IMG/VR virus record: IMGVR_UViG_3300004151_000006
Span: 186,001-250,000 of that record
Strand: one strand, 5' to 3'
DNA length: 64,000 nt
Made by a program: the position numbers and the translations under genes. The notes under the pieces are model-generated. The model saw only the letters and a list, made by a program, of their open reading frames with translations. It was not told where the DNA came from and made no database searches. Below, piece after piece: positions 50,361 through 59,828 of this stretch. Position 1 is the stretch's first letter, and every line of letters begins with the position of its first letter.

Positions 50361-51363
50361 TGGATGTGAGTTATTAAAACCCATATCAAGTACAAATCAA
50401 GATTTGATATATCGACCATATTTAATAAAAATACAAGATATAAACAAAGAAATAAAAGAGATAGAAGAAATATTAGAATGTAATAGAAGAATATATTACG
50501 ATCGGTGTAATGATGGTTTTGATAATAAAAGTCTTGTAGAAAATATTGATTTATTAGTTAAAAAATTAGAAAAGAAAAGAATTGAATGGTGTGAATATGA
50601 CAAGAAAATCAAGGAGGTAAAATTAATGAGTGTGACAAATCACATGAAAGATGAGATCGCATATCCATTTGGTATTAATATCAACAATGCTATTCTCATA
50701 GATCCCATTGAAATCAGGAAATATGAATGCTTAGATACATGGTTGGCTATCCCAGATCAATTTGAAATCAAATGTATTGGTATGTATAGTACTAAAAATG
50801 GAAATAGTCGTGTTGTTGAATTGTATAATGGTACAGATATACTTAACAGTGAATACAAGATGAGTATTTTGACTACAGATGCAAAAGCTAATGCTATTAG
50901 AGAAATTATATTCTTTGAAAGAGCAGAGATCGGTAATGTGGTTACAGATATTGAACAATATCGTACATTACGAAAGATGTGTGGTGATGGATATATCACT
51001 TTAAATTGGGAAAATGATGAAGTGCCAATGGAACGTATTTATACTCGTATATTGGATAATCAAGATCTGAGTAAATCATCAGAAAAGACCATCTCTAATC
51101 ATAAACTATTTTACAATAAAGTCATTGATCCAAAGAATAATAAAGAATATGCACATGAATGGAGTTTCCAATGTCCGATTGATAGTGTACCATATATCAC
51201 AATGTTGTATGAAGATAAAGATACTCAAGTTGGTGAATTGGTAGAATTTGATTGTTTCAATTATAGAGAAGGATATCGCGGTAGCGATTTTAATGCAAGG
51301 CATGTAATTATTTGGGTGGGGGTAAAACTTAGTTTGACAAATATTAAAGGTATCTATGTTTAA
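50350..51363 (+). CDS. Hypothetical protein with N-terminal coiled coil, paralog of the previous gene
   Basis: Shared motifs as above. Confidence 0.7.
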   Translation: MGYSGCELLKPISSTNQDLIYRPYLIKIQDINKEIKEIEEILECNRRIYYDRCNDGFDNKSLVENIDLLVKKLEKKRIEWCEYDKKIKEVKLMSVTNHMKDEIAYPFGININNAILIDPIEIRKYECLDTWLAIPDQFEIKCIGMYSTKNGNSRVVELYNGTDILNSEYKMSILTTDAKANAIREIIFFERAEIGNVVTDIEQYRTLRKMCGDGYITLNWENDEVPMERIYTRILDNQDLSKSSEKTISNHKLFYNKVIDPKNNKEYAHEWSFQCPIDSVPYITMLYEDKDTQVGELVEFDCFNYREGYRGSDFNARHVIIWVGVKLSLTNIKGIYV

Positions 51364-51369
51364 GGAGGG

Positions 51370-52350
51370 ATGATGAAAAAATATAGTTGGATAACTTTAT
51401 TTATTTTATCAATAAGTCTCATTGCTAATATCACTTATGCTAAAGGTAGTAGTAGTAGTAGTAGTAGTTCTAGTGGAAGATCATCGTCATCATTTTCTTC
51501 TAGTAGTAAATCTAGCAGTAGCTTCAGTAGTAGTAGTAAACCAAGTACACCCTCATATACTTCATCATCTAGTAAACCCACTGGTATTACATCATCTAAT
51601 TCAAGTAATACACCTAGCAGTACTATACCCAAGACACCAATAATTTATAGTAATACAACCAAGTCAACCACCATCTCTAGTGGTAGTAATAATACAATCA
51701 AACCAAATAATCCACCTAAACTCAATTATATTCAGAATGCAAATACACCCACTAAAAAGACTGAAGATGTGAAAAGTTATCGTACGGAGAAAGCTCGATA
51801 TACTTTTAATACTTCAACTCCTCCAGTGACTACAAGATCAACTATCCCAACGAGTAATCGTAGCTGGTCTAGTTATGATGAATACAAATCTAATCAACGT
51901 AGGTATTATACTGAGCACAATTGGAATCCTCCTGTTTATATTTACAACACCTATCCTTCATTTGGTGGATTCTCTAATCCATGGTTATTTTTCATGTTAG
52001 GTAATATGTCATCGAATTTCTTTTATCATAGACAAGATGATCCTGGTGTAAAGACATTCTTAGCTGAAGCAGAAAGATTATCTACTGATAATAAAGAATT
52101 AAAAGATCAATTAGCTAAAGTAAAAGCTGATATGGAAAAATTGAAACAAGATGGTACTACTATAGAAAAAGAATATTTTCCCAAAGATCAGGATCCTGAT
52201 ATAGCCACTGAATTGGAAATCGATGATGATGATGAAAGTAGTGATTTTGGTACTATCTTAGTATCTATCTTAATCATCGGTATGTTTATTTGGATAGGTG
52301 TTGTAGCTATACGTATTTTACGTAGACATAAACAAAAGAGAGATTGGTAA
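51370..52350 (+). CDS. Exported/membrane protein with signal peptide, Ser-rich linker, coiled coil and C-terminal TM helix
   Basis: N-terminal hydrophobic leader ending YA, poly-Ser, FFYHRQDDPG...AERLSTDNKELK, C-terminal TM followed by RRHK. Confidence 0.75.
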   Translation: MMKKYSWITLFILSISLIANITYAKGSSSSSSSSSGRSSSSFSSSSKSSSSFSSSSKPSTPSYTSSSSKPTGITSSNSSNTPSSTIPKTPIIYSNTTKSTTISSGSNNTIKPNNPPKLNYIQNANTPTKKTEDVKSYRTEKARYTFNTSTPPVTTRSTIPTSNRSWSSYDEYKSNQRRYYTEHNWNPPVYIYNTYPSFGGFSNPWLFFMLGNMSSNFFYHRQDDPGVKTFLAEAERLSTDNKELKDQLAKVKADMEKLKQDGTTIEKEYFPKDQDPDIATELEIDDDDESSDFGTILVSILIIGMFIWIGVVAIRILRRHKQKRDW

Positions 52351-52475
52351 TGTATGAATGGATCGACCATTTATTGTTTGATAATCCAAGGCTTACTATC
52401 TATACATTACTTGGTATAATTGTTGGGATGATTATAAGTCTTATATACACTGTAATTCGCAGTAGATTCGAATAA
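52350..52475 (+). CDS. 41-aa single-TM microprotein (not in the ORF track)
   Basis: TAATG coupling; MYEWIDHLLFDNPRLTIYTLLGIIVGMIISLIYTVIRSRFE. Confidence 0.5.
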   Translation: MYEWIDHLLFDNPRLTIYTLLGIIVGMIISLIYTVIRSRFE

Positions 52476-52495
52476 ATCCTAAATACGGAGGTAGC

Positions 52496-53380
52496 ATGTT
52501 TTCACCAATTGCGGTTTTTGCAAGTATGATAGTGTTACTTGTTATAAGTCTTGGTGTGGGATGGCTTGTTAATGACATTACACAACCCTCTAACAGAAGG
52601 AGAAAGACCATGGGCCTGTTCGGAAAGCTGTTTGGCGTCAAAGTCGATCGCATCAAGGATGCCATCCTCAAGAGTGATGTCCTTGGTAACCCCAATGACA
52701 TTTCTGAAGCACAGCTGCGGGAATACCAGGAAAAGTGGGAAGAAATCACCACTCGTCTTGGCACTGCCACTCAGCGTCTGGCCAAAGAACAGCGGGATGT
52801 GACTGAGCTTGAAGAAGCTATTCGCATCCACGTCATCGGTGCCAAGAAGATGCAGGAAAAGCGCGATGCTGCCGGCACCGAAGAAGAAAAGAATCGATTC
52901 CAGGTCAAGATCGACCAGATGGTCGGCGACATCAAGTCCATGCAGGCCAAAATGGACATCGAAAAGGCTGAAGCCACTACTGCTTCCAGCCATGTCAATC
53001 TGTTGCAGGAAGCGGCAGATAAATGCATGGAACGCATCAAGTCCCATCGCAAGGCTATCCAGGATGCCAAAGATAACCTTGAGTCTGCCAAGCTCAAGCG
53101 TGACATGGCCAAGGATCGTGAAGAAGATGCCAAGCTGGTCTCTGGCCTGGTAGATCCCAATGCCATCGGCATCAACAGTGCCCTGGATGCCATCAACAAA
53201 GTGGCCCAGGATCTGGAACAAGAAGCTACCATCGCCAACCAGCGGGCTGACATGCTCCAGTCTGATGTGGCCAAGGATTCTCCGGATGCTGACATCCGTC
53301 AGGTCTTGGAAGAAGCCAAGAGCACCACTCCCAAGGGTACTCCTGAGTCCACTGACGACTTCTTGTCCAAGTTCAAATAG
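52496..53380 (+). CDS. PspA/IM30-like coiled-coil protein; two in-frame starts (52496 TM-bearing, 52610 soluble)
   Basis: MGLFGKLFG amphipathic start and long heptad helices; GGAGG before 52496 and GAAGGAG before 52610. Confidence 0.65.
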   Translation: MFSPIAVFASMIVLLVISLGVGWLVNDITQPSNRRRKTMGLFGKLFGVKVDRIKDAILKSDVLGNPNDISEAQLREYQEKWEEITTRLGTATQRLAKEQRDVTELEEAIRIHVIGAKKMQEKRDAAGTEEEKNRFQVKIDQMVGDIKSMQAKMDIEKAEATTASSHVNLLQEAADKCMERIKSHRKAIQDAKDNLESAKLKRDMAKDREEDAKLVSGLVDPNAIGINSALDAINKVAQDLEQEATIANQRADMLQSDVAKDSPDADIRQVLEEAKSTTPKGTPESTDDFLSKFK

Positions 53381-53390
53381 CACATGCTAA

Positions 53391-53424
53391 GGATAGGGTG
53401 CACCCACATGGGTGCACTCTATCC
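53391..53424. terminator. 16-bp stem hairpin with one G-T pair
   Basis: GGATAGGGTGCACCCA-CA-TGGGTGCACTCTATCC. Confidence 0.65.
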
Positions 53425-53444
53425 ACCTTGTTATCCATTTATTT

Positions 53445-53460
53445 TTTAAATATATATTAT
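53445..53460 (+). promoter_or_regulatory. Putative early promoter
   Basis: TTTAAATATATATTAT. Confidence 0.55.
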
Positions 53461-53501
53461 TTATTTGGTGTTTATGTTAAAATCTATAAGGAGGATGTCA
53501 T

Positions 53502-54320
53502 ATGGCCAAACATTATAGGGCAGCATTGGTCCGTGGTGATATGGAACTTACCAGCAATCAAATCAAACAAAATAAAGCTCTTGTCAAAATGTTTAATATG
53601 ATGCGTGAAGAAGAATTCTATATGAATTTAGTGAACATATTATTTATGTATGCTACACAAAAGAAAGAATTAGAAGTCTTACCTGAAGATATTGTATATA
53701 TCACCATGGATGGAGATATCAAATTTAAGATGATATTGACTCAAGAAAACATTGATGTATTTAAACAAGCTGTTGTGAGAAGTGTCATAGATGGTGAACA
53801 CACCGTAGTGGAATCACACAGTATTTCAGATGTATTTTTAATGACTAAAAAGAACTTTGAAAAGTTTCATTATCGGGATACTCCGGGAAAGATCTTCGTG
53901 TTAGTCAGTGGTTTCAGCAAAGCAAATGCTCTTAAAATCCTGGAGCAATATGATAGCATGTTGGATAAATCCGACTGGGAGGATATTACTCATGAAAAAT
54001 ATACAGAATTAAAATCGGGTATTGAAGCTATAGCTGAAGAGTATTTTTACAATAATGGTGTCCCCTACAACGATGACTCTATAGAACTCATGCTTGCAGT
54101 ATCTATCATTTTGGATTCATTTACCATAATTGATTATGATTATTTAAATTGGTATAAATCCATTGGTAAAAAAGATGCTATGAATTTTCTTGAATTGTTG
54201 GAGGATGTCATTGAAGAAGACAAGTTGAACTATTATCAAGATCTTGATACATTGAAAGAAAAGATCAAAGTACTCAAAGAAGAGTTGTTGGCACATTACA
54301 CCCCTAAACGTGTAAAATAA
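53502..54320 (+). CDS. Hypothetical protein, 272 aa
   Basis: AGGAGG RBS. Confidence 0.75.
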   Translation: MAKHYRAALVRGDMELTSNQIKQNKALVKMFNMMREEEFYMNLVNILFMYATQKKELEVLPEDIVYITMDGDIKFKMILTQENIDVFKQAVVRSVIDGEHTVVESHSISDVFLMTKKNFEKFHYRDTPGKIFVLVSGFSKANALKILEQYDSMLDKSDWEDITHEKYTELKSGIEAIAEEYFYNNGVPYNDDSIELMLAVSIILDSFTIIDYDYLNWYKSIGKKDAMNFLELLEDVIEEDKLNYYQDLDTLKEKIKVLKEELLAHYTPKRVK

Positions 54321-54332
54321 AGGAGAGACTAT

Positions 54333-54599
54333 ATGTCCATTATTCTGGAATTGATACGGGCGCACCCATTTCTTACATATCTAAACATAGGGATCTTAAT
54401 TATTGCGTTTTCAATTTTGATCAGGTCTAATATCACCAAAACCAACATATTGAAAAAAATAAATGATCATATCTGCGATCGCATAATTTATGAAAATGTC
54501 AGTCCGATCTCCGTAGGGATTTCACTTTTCGTGTGTTTTCTTATTTGGCCACTGTTCATATTCTTATTGTTTTTCCATTTTACACCCAAAACCAAATAG
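54333..54599 (+). CDS. Small 2-TM membrane protein, 88 aa
   Basis: Two hydrophobic helices, ending in ICFLIWPLF-like segment (CFLIWPLFIFLLFF); AAGGAG RBS. Confidence 0.65.
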   Translation: MSIILELIRAHPFLTYLNIGILIIAFSILIRSNITKTNILKKINDHICDRIIYENVSPISVGISLFVCFLIWPLFIFLLFFHFTPKTK

Positions 54600-54615
54600 T
54601 AGGGGAATTTTTCAT

Positions 54616-55254
54616 ATGCTTCGTATTTGTATGCAGGATCTGGCTGATTTCGTCAATCAAGATTCTCCTGGACAGATCAAACATCTGGAAGACTTTATGT
54701 CTTATAATCTGGATGTTTTTCAAACCTTTAATAATATTGTGCGAAGTGGAAGGGTCAAACTTTCTACGGAAATCGGCAACCGCCCTTACAATGAAATGAC
54801 GGAGCAATTTACTGTGTTTTGGTGGATGCGTCATAGTAATGTTGAAACCACTTTGCTCATCTTACAATGGTTGAGTCAGAGTAATAAATTCATTCATCGT
54901 GAGCAGGTGTTGGACATTTGTACCAAGGTATGTATCACCATTCTCAATCATTCCATTGATTATTATACCACCGAGAGGTATCTCGGATTTGCTTTTCGTG
55001 TGGAACAATATTTGACCAATCCCATCAAAGATGCATCGGAGTTTGATGATATTGGAAAAGATATTGTAAGGGATTATTGTGATGCACACTTGATCCTAAA
55101 CCATATAACAGCTGAAGATAATGTGGCATGGTTTTGTTTAAAACGTATGCCTTGGGCAGCATACACTTTCTATCGAGATGATACTACCACCAAGACATTT
55201 CCAATTGAGCTTCGATCAAAGATTGAAAAGCTTTTGGAGTATGAGCTTGGCTAA
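54616..55254 (+). CDS. Hypothetical protein, 212 aa
   Basis: ORF with AGGGG RBS. Confidence 0.7.
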   Translation: MLRICMQDLADFVNQDSPGQIKHLEDFMSYNLDVFQTFNNIVRSGRVKLSTEIGNRPYNEMTEQFTVFWWMRHSNVETTLLILQWLSQSNKFIHREQVLDICTKVCITILNHSIDYYTTERYLGFAFRVEQYLTNPIKDASEFDDIGKDIVRDYCDAHLILNHITAEDNVAWFCLKRMPWAAYTFYRDDTTTKTFPIELRSKIEKLLEYELG

Positions 55255-55282
55255 TGTATAAACACATCTAAACCCTTCTAAC

Positions 55283-55308
55283 TGGAGTGGGGAATATTCC
55301 CCACTCCA
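55283..55308. terminator. Perfect 26-bp palindrome
   Basis: TGGAGTGGGGAAT|ATTCCCCACTCCA. Confidence 0.6.
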
Positions 55309-55320
55309 CCTGAGGTAATC

Positions 55321-56028
55321 ATGTATATCCAAATCACTGATCGTTGTAATATGTCATGTGTACATTGTGGTCATAATTGTACTACTGTTGGTAATGACAT
55401 GGATGTTAAAACTTTTGCACAGTCCTGTAAATTGGCAGTTAAATTTCACTATGATATTTGTATTGGTGGAGGAGAACCAACACTCCATAAAGATTTTGAA
55501 AGATTTCTTGAAATCAGCTTGGATCATTCTGATAATGTCAATTTGGTGACTAATGGAACCAACACCAAAATGTCCTTATTTTTAGCAGAATTGGCTGCTG
55601 ACGGTATTATTCATTGCACACTATCTCTTGATAAATATCATGATCGTTCTATGGTTAGCCAAGATGTGATCAATGCATTTCAAAAGGACACTACCAACAA
55701 AAAAGATCATCGACATATACAGGATGTCTCTGAACCAGGACACCGGCTAGTATATGCTGGACGAACAATACTCTCCAAAACAAAAGGTCTCATTGATCAG
55801 GAAATCAGAGATGATTGTTTTGGTCCTGGATTCCATGTGAAACCAGATGGTCGTTTATATCACTGTGCTTGTCAAATGGTCTCATACAACACAGTGTTCA
55901 ACCCCACTTTTCATCGAAACATTTATCGCACACGGTATACCTGTTCTGAACGGGATCCATGGCGCAAGTATTTGCGTATGACCAATGATGATGAAGATTG
56001 GGAAAAGATGGTTTGGAGGGGATATTAA
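55321..56028 (+). CDS. Radical SAM protein with a short Cys-containing (Twitch-like) C-terminus
   Basis: ITDRCNMSCVHC (CxxxCxxC), GGGEPTLH, LVTNG, SLDKYH, C...HVKPDGRLYHC. Confidence 0.85.
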   Translation: MYIQITDRCNMSCVHCGHNCTTVGNDMDVKTFAQSCKLAVKFHYDICIGGGEPTLHKDFERFLEISLDHSDNVNLVTNGTNTKMSLFLAELAADGIIHCTLSLDKYHDRSMVSQDVINAFQKDTTNKKDHRHIQDVSEPGHRLVYAGRTILSKTKGLIDQEIRDDCFGPGFHVKPDGRLYHCACQMVSYNTVFNPTFHRNIYRTRYTCSERDPWRKYLRMTNDDEDWEKMVWRGY

Positions 56029-56076
56029 ATTCAATGGATTTAATCAAATACTTTGATTTAACCTTTTAACATGTGA

Positions 56077-56120
56077 CACATAGCACAGATGGTAGCACAT
56101 GCTACCATCTGTGCTATGTG
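56077..56120. repeat. 21-bp-arm inverted repeat
   Basis: CACATAGCACAGATGGTAGCA-CA-TGCTACCATCTGTGCTATGTG. Confidence 0.8.
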
Positions 56121-56141
56121 ACTATTATAAGGAGTATTTTT

Positions 56142-56960
56142 ATGGGATGTATACCAAGACATAAGGATCCAAGAGTCAGTATCTTTAAACAGTATATGAA
56201 TTTTAATTCCATTAGTACAAACATTATTATTGCACGTGGTACTCCTAACTATGTCAGTATTTATCATAATCAACAAAACACTGCATTGAAGTTTGTATTT
56301 AAATCAGAATATAGTGAAGGTGATGCTTCTATCACTAAGAACAATAATGGTGCAGCATTGCGTATCAATTCAGCACATATTGGAAAATATATTGATTTAG
56401 TTAAACAGATACCCATCTATCAAAGCTTGAGTGATCCATATGTTTGGTATTTACCTATTGATCATAAATCAGATACAGTAAAGCCATATCACATTGTTGA
56501 CAATGACACTTGGATTCAAGATCCTGTGATCATTCGAAATACAAAAGATGTATCTATATTCACTATTACTTATTGCCCACAAACTACAACGTGTATGAAT
56601 GCAATATTCAGTACTTCAGTTTCACAATTAGATAAATATCCTAAGTTTTTCATGAGTAAATCTATTTACTTTGATTATGATACTACCATTAATAAGGTAG
56701 CCATTAAATTTAATCATCCATTTAAATATGGACATAATTTATACAATACAATGTATGGTAATAATGCATGTATTGATATTGAGCATATCAATATGATATA
56801 TGGGTATTATGGTAAAGATCTGATAGATAAAACTGTGAAAAAATCACATTCACATTATTTTAAGATAGGATATCATCCCACTGATGATGGAGTATATGTG
56901 ATAGAGGATATCTATACCACACAAAGTTGTATGGTCAATGCTAATGAATGTGAAAAATAA
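56142..56960 (+). CDS. Hypothetical protein with two internal beta-rich repeats
   Basis: TAAGGAG RBS before ATG 56142. Confidence 0.65.
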   Translation: MGCIPRHKDPRVSIFKQYMNFNSISTNIIIARGTPNYVSIYHNQQNTALKFVFKSEYSEGDASITKNNNGAALRINSAHIGKYIDLVKQIPIYQSLSDPYVWYLPIDHKSDTVKPYHIVDNDTWIQDPVIIRNTKDVSIFTITYCPQTTTCMNAIFSTSVSQLDKYPKFFMSKSIYFDYDTTINKVAIKFNHPFKYGHNLYNTMYGNNACIDIEHINMIYGYYGKDLIDKTVKKSHSHYFKIGYHPTDDGVYVIEDIYTTQSCMVNANECEK

Positions 56961-56975
56961 GGAGTCTGTATCTCT

Positions 56976-57689
56976 ATGGGTAAAGAAAGGTTGGATCATC
57001 CAACGATAGCATTCTGTAGTGGTCAACTCATCTTCAATCAACAGGTAGTCAAACTTCAACCTGACATGCAATATGTGAAGGTATATTATCATCCTAAATT
57101 TAATATATTCAAATTTGTATTTACATCTGAGGATGAAATTGAAATCAATAGTCTCAAACTCTCTACACAATGCAGTAATTATTCATGTTCCTCATGTAGC
57201 GTAATATCACATATCTTTAATAAGTTTGGTAAAATGGATCTCACTAAATATTCACTCATCTATCGTAAACATAGAGATGCATTTTATCTCTTGTTGGACA
57301 ATATCAATATCAGTACTGAGATAATTGATTCTTTTATTCCAATGGAAATACGTGATGAATTTAAACCATATACATTCACGATATACAATTATAAATCAAG
57401 TCAGCGTGGACATTTTAGTAGATCATTCAAAGATGTATTAATATATGAAGAATATGATACTGTCAATTTTGTAATAGATAATGATGATGTCTATTTAGTA
57501 TTTGATATTGATGGTCCTAAGATATATCCACCTATCAGAGGAAGAGGATATTCATTTTCTTGTACTAATATTTTACCATCTATTTATAAAACATTTAACA
57601 AATCAGATAAATATATGATGCTCCCTCACCCACAGAGAGCACATACTTATCTGATCAAGGAGTACACCCATGGATCCCATCACCCTTAA
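56976..57689 (+). CDS. Hypothetical protein, possible paralog of the previous gene
   Basis: AAGGAG RBS; VKVYYHPKFNIFKFVF resembles VSIYHNQQNTALKFVF. Confidence 0.65.
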   Translation: MGKERLDHPTIAFCSGQLIFNQQVVKLQPDMQYVKVYYHPKFNIFKFVFTSEDEIEINSLKLSTQCSNYSCSSCSVISHIFNKFGKMDLTKYSLIYRKHRDAFYLLLDNINISTEIIDSFIPMEIRDEFKPYTFTIYNYKSSQRGHFSRSFKDVLIYEEYDTVNFVIDNDDVYLVFDIDGPKIYPPIRGRGYSFSCTNILPSIYKTFNKSDKYMMLPHPQRAHTYLIKEYTHGSHHP

Positions 57690-58176
57690 TAAAACTATCT
57701 TGTCCTATACTTCTGGATCCCAGAGTGTAACTGAATTGTATCAGTTTGTTACAAACCTTCTTAAAAGTATCCCCATCACGTATGGTAATACATCACGATT
57801 GAGTGAAGAAACTATGCATTATCAAGTATTGTCATTGCTTTCTACTGAAGATGCTGAGACATATTTGGGATGTATCATTGAAAACAATGGATTTAAGTGG
57901 ATCAAACATTGGATCGATGAACAATATTTACGTGCAGCTAAAAATCAATTCATCTATCAAGATGTTCATATACGTATTGACACTGATAATCATGGTAAAT
58001 ATTTTATCACCCTTGATTATGATCGTATCAAAAGTACTCAACCCTGGTTGGTCTCTCACATCAAGACACTCCCTGATACGGGTATCATCACTGTGACTAT
58101 GTCTATGCAATTGTATGCGAAAGATGTGGATGAAGTCAACATGATCAGTGATACAGAAGATACTCCGGTGACATAG
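57670..58176 (+). CDS. Hypothetical protein, paralog of 59029-59544
   Basis: I.L.KTI..Y, (W/Y)IK(H/Y)WI and LP..G...V motifs shared. Confidence 0.7.
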   Translation: MDPITLNKTILSYTSGSQSVTELYQFVTNLLKSIPITYGNTSRLSEETMHYQVLSLLSTEDAETYLGCIIENNGFKWIKHWIDEQYLRAAKNQFIYQDVHIRIDTDNHGKYFITLDYDRIKSTQPWLVSHIKTLPDTGIITVTMSMQLYAKDVDEVNMISDTEDTPVT

Positions 58177-58195
58177 CTCTTTAATCATGCATTTC

Positions 58196-58224
58196 TAGGA
58201 GTGGGACAATATGTCCCACTCCTA
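58196..58224. terminator. 13-bp stem hairpin
   Basis: TAGGAGTGGGACA-ATA-TGTCCCACTCCTA. Confidence 0.6.
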
Positions 58225-58285
58225 TGAATATGTTAATTAATATGACATATTTTCTTTTTATAGTCTAGAAAGGAGGATATTAGCC

Positions 58286-59008
58286 ATGACCACATCTCTC
58301 ATAGGTTGTGAAATGTGTGAGTATATTGAATTTAAATATGATCACTGTGATAATGATGATAAGAAAAAACTATTAGCTGATAACATTGTAAAATGTAATT
58401 GTGAAATCAATGTGTTTGATATTGCAGCTAGTCAATGCGGTGTTGGTAGTGTTGATTACACTGATCTGATCTTAGATAATGGATACATTGAAGCTATTGT
58501 ATTCAACCTTAAATATAAAGATGAAGTGATCTCTCTTAAAATGGACATCAGTAAATATGTATATTCCAGATATGGATTACATAAAGATACAACTACAGCT
58601 GCCACTAGGGTAGCTAAATTCTGTGGATCATTTAACGTGGCAGAGCTCATTGAAGAGAATCTTGAATATAGGTCGTTGTTATCATCTGTTCCACCGGATA
58701 TCTATATTGGTTTAGAATTTAAAAGTTATATTGATTTACAATATGGAAATCTCCACAGTAAAGTGATATCCACATATAGTGATGGATTTAGTACAATATT
58801 TGAATTATTAGATATTGGATACATCCCAAAACTGTGTATCCATAAGGCAAATGATACTCCTACATTACATGTTACAGACATGACCCATGTCTCTAAAGTC
58901 ACTTTAGATGAATATGCTCAAATTGAATATGATGCCAAACATTATAATGTGATCAGTATCAACTGTAGTCAAGATCAATGGACACTCACTCTCACTAAAT
59001 GTAAATAA
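58286..59008 (+). CDS. Hypothetical protein, 240 aa
   Basis: AAGGAGG RBS. Confidence 0.75.
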   Translation: MTTSLIGCEMCEYIEFKYDHCDNDDKKKLLADNIVKCNCEINVFDIAASQCGVGSVDYTDLILDNGYIEAIVFNLKYKDEVISLKMDISKYVYSRYGLHKDTTTAATRVAKFCGSFNVAELIEENLEYRSLLSSVPPDIYIGLEFKSYIDLQYGNLHSKVISTYSDGFSTIFELLDIGYIPKLCIHKANDTPTLHVTDMTHVSKVTLDEYAQIEYDAKHYNVISINCSQDQWTLTLTKCK

Positions 59009-59028
59009 ATACAAAAGGAGATAACATC

Positions 59029-59544
59029 ATGAGTATCATCTCATTAGACAAGACCATCAGTGAATATGTGATCACTGATCTTGATCTGGATACTACGTTG
59101 ATCATATTGTATAGTCTACTCGATGATCAAGTACAGAATTTACTTTATAATATTTCTATTGATATGGATGAAGATACTAAAGACAGACTCAAAAATGATC
59201 ATGTTAATAAATTGTTGTATATTTGGTATAGGTCTATACATCCTGATGATAGGTTGGCATATATCAAATATTGGATCACCAATCCCTATGGTAGTGTAGC
59301 TATCATGATGTTGGATACCTTATCTAAACATAGTTCTTATTATAACCATTCATCTTCATATATCGTAGTATCACAATTGAGTCTTCAACCAGATCAATAT
59401 CAAATCACTATCACTCTTGATCATCTTAGGTATGAAGATGCTGTGCAGCTCATCTCTCATCTACCGCCTAAAGGTACAGTGCATGTCAAACATGATATCC
59501 GGGTGAATGCAGCAGCTCTGCCTACTCTTGATGTGACTACATAG
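59029..59544 (+). CDS. Hypothetical protein, paralog of 57670-58176
   Basis: AAGGAG RBS; shared motifs. Confidence 0.7.
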   Translation: MSIISLDKTISEYVITDLDLDTTLIILYSLLDDQVQNLLYNISIDMDEDTKDRLKNDHVNKLLYIWYRSIHPDDRLAYIKYWITNPYGSVAIMMLDTLSKHSSYYNHSSSYIVVSQLSLQPDQYQITITLDHLRYEDAVQLISHLPPKGTVHVKHDIRVNAAALPTLDVTT

Positions 59545-59549
59545 GGAGA

Positions 59550-59576
59550 GGAGTGGTGGCACTATGCCACCACTCC
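59550..59576. terminator. 12-bp stem hairpin
   Basis: GGAGTGGTGGCA-CTA-TGCCACCACTCC. Confidence 0.6.
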
Positions 59577-59684
59577 ATCCACCCATCATGATATATCTCT
59601 TTTTTAGAGGAATAATATGTATCTCTATTGATCAATAGTTTATAATGTTTAATCGATACATTATTTATAAGGGGAGAAAAGATT

Positions 59685-59828
59685 ATGACTATCATCAAAG
59701 ATATAATGAAATCTCTTAAAGATAGATTGATAGGATATATACATTTTCTTACTATAAGGATCAAGTTATCTAAAGGAGATACTCATCCTTCATTATTCAA
59801 ACATACTAAGGAGAAACAAGATGACTAA
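59685..59828 (+). CDS. 47-aa microprotein (not in the ORF track)
   Basis: AAGGGGAG RBS; stop overlaps the next start. Confidence 0.4.
   Translation: MTIIKDIMKSLKDRLIGYIHFLTIRIKLSKGDTHPSLFKHTKEKQDD

Noticed and set aside
51447-51540. AGT microsatellite or repeat array
   Set aside because: It simply encodes the poly-Ser linker of 51370-52350.
52535-53383. 282-aa and 174-aa antisense ORFs
   Set aside because: Shadow ORFs caused by the biased GC-rich codon usage of the PspA-like gene.
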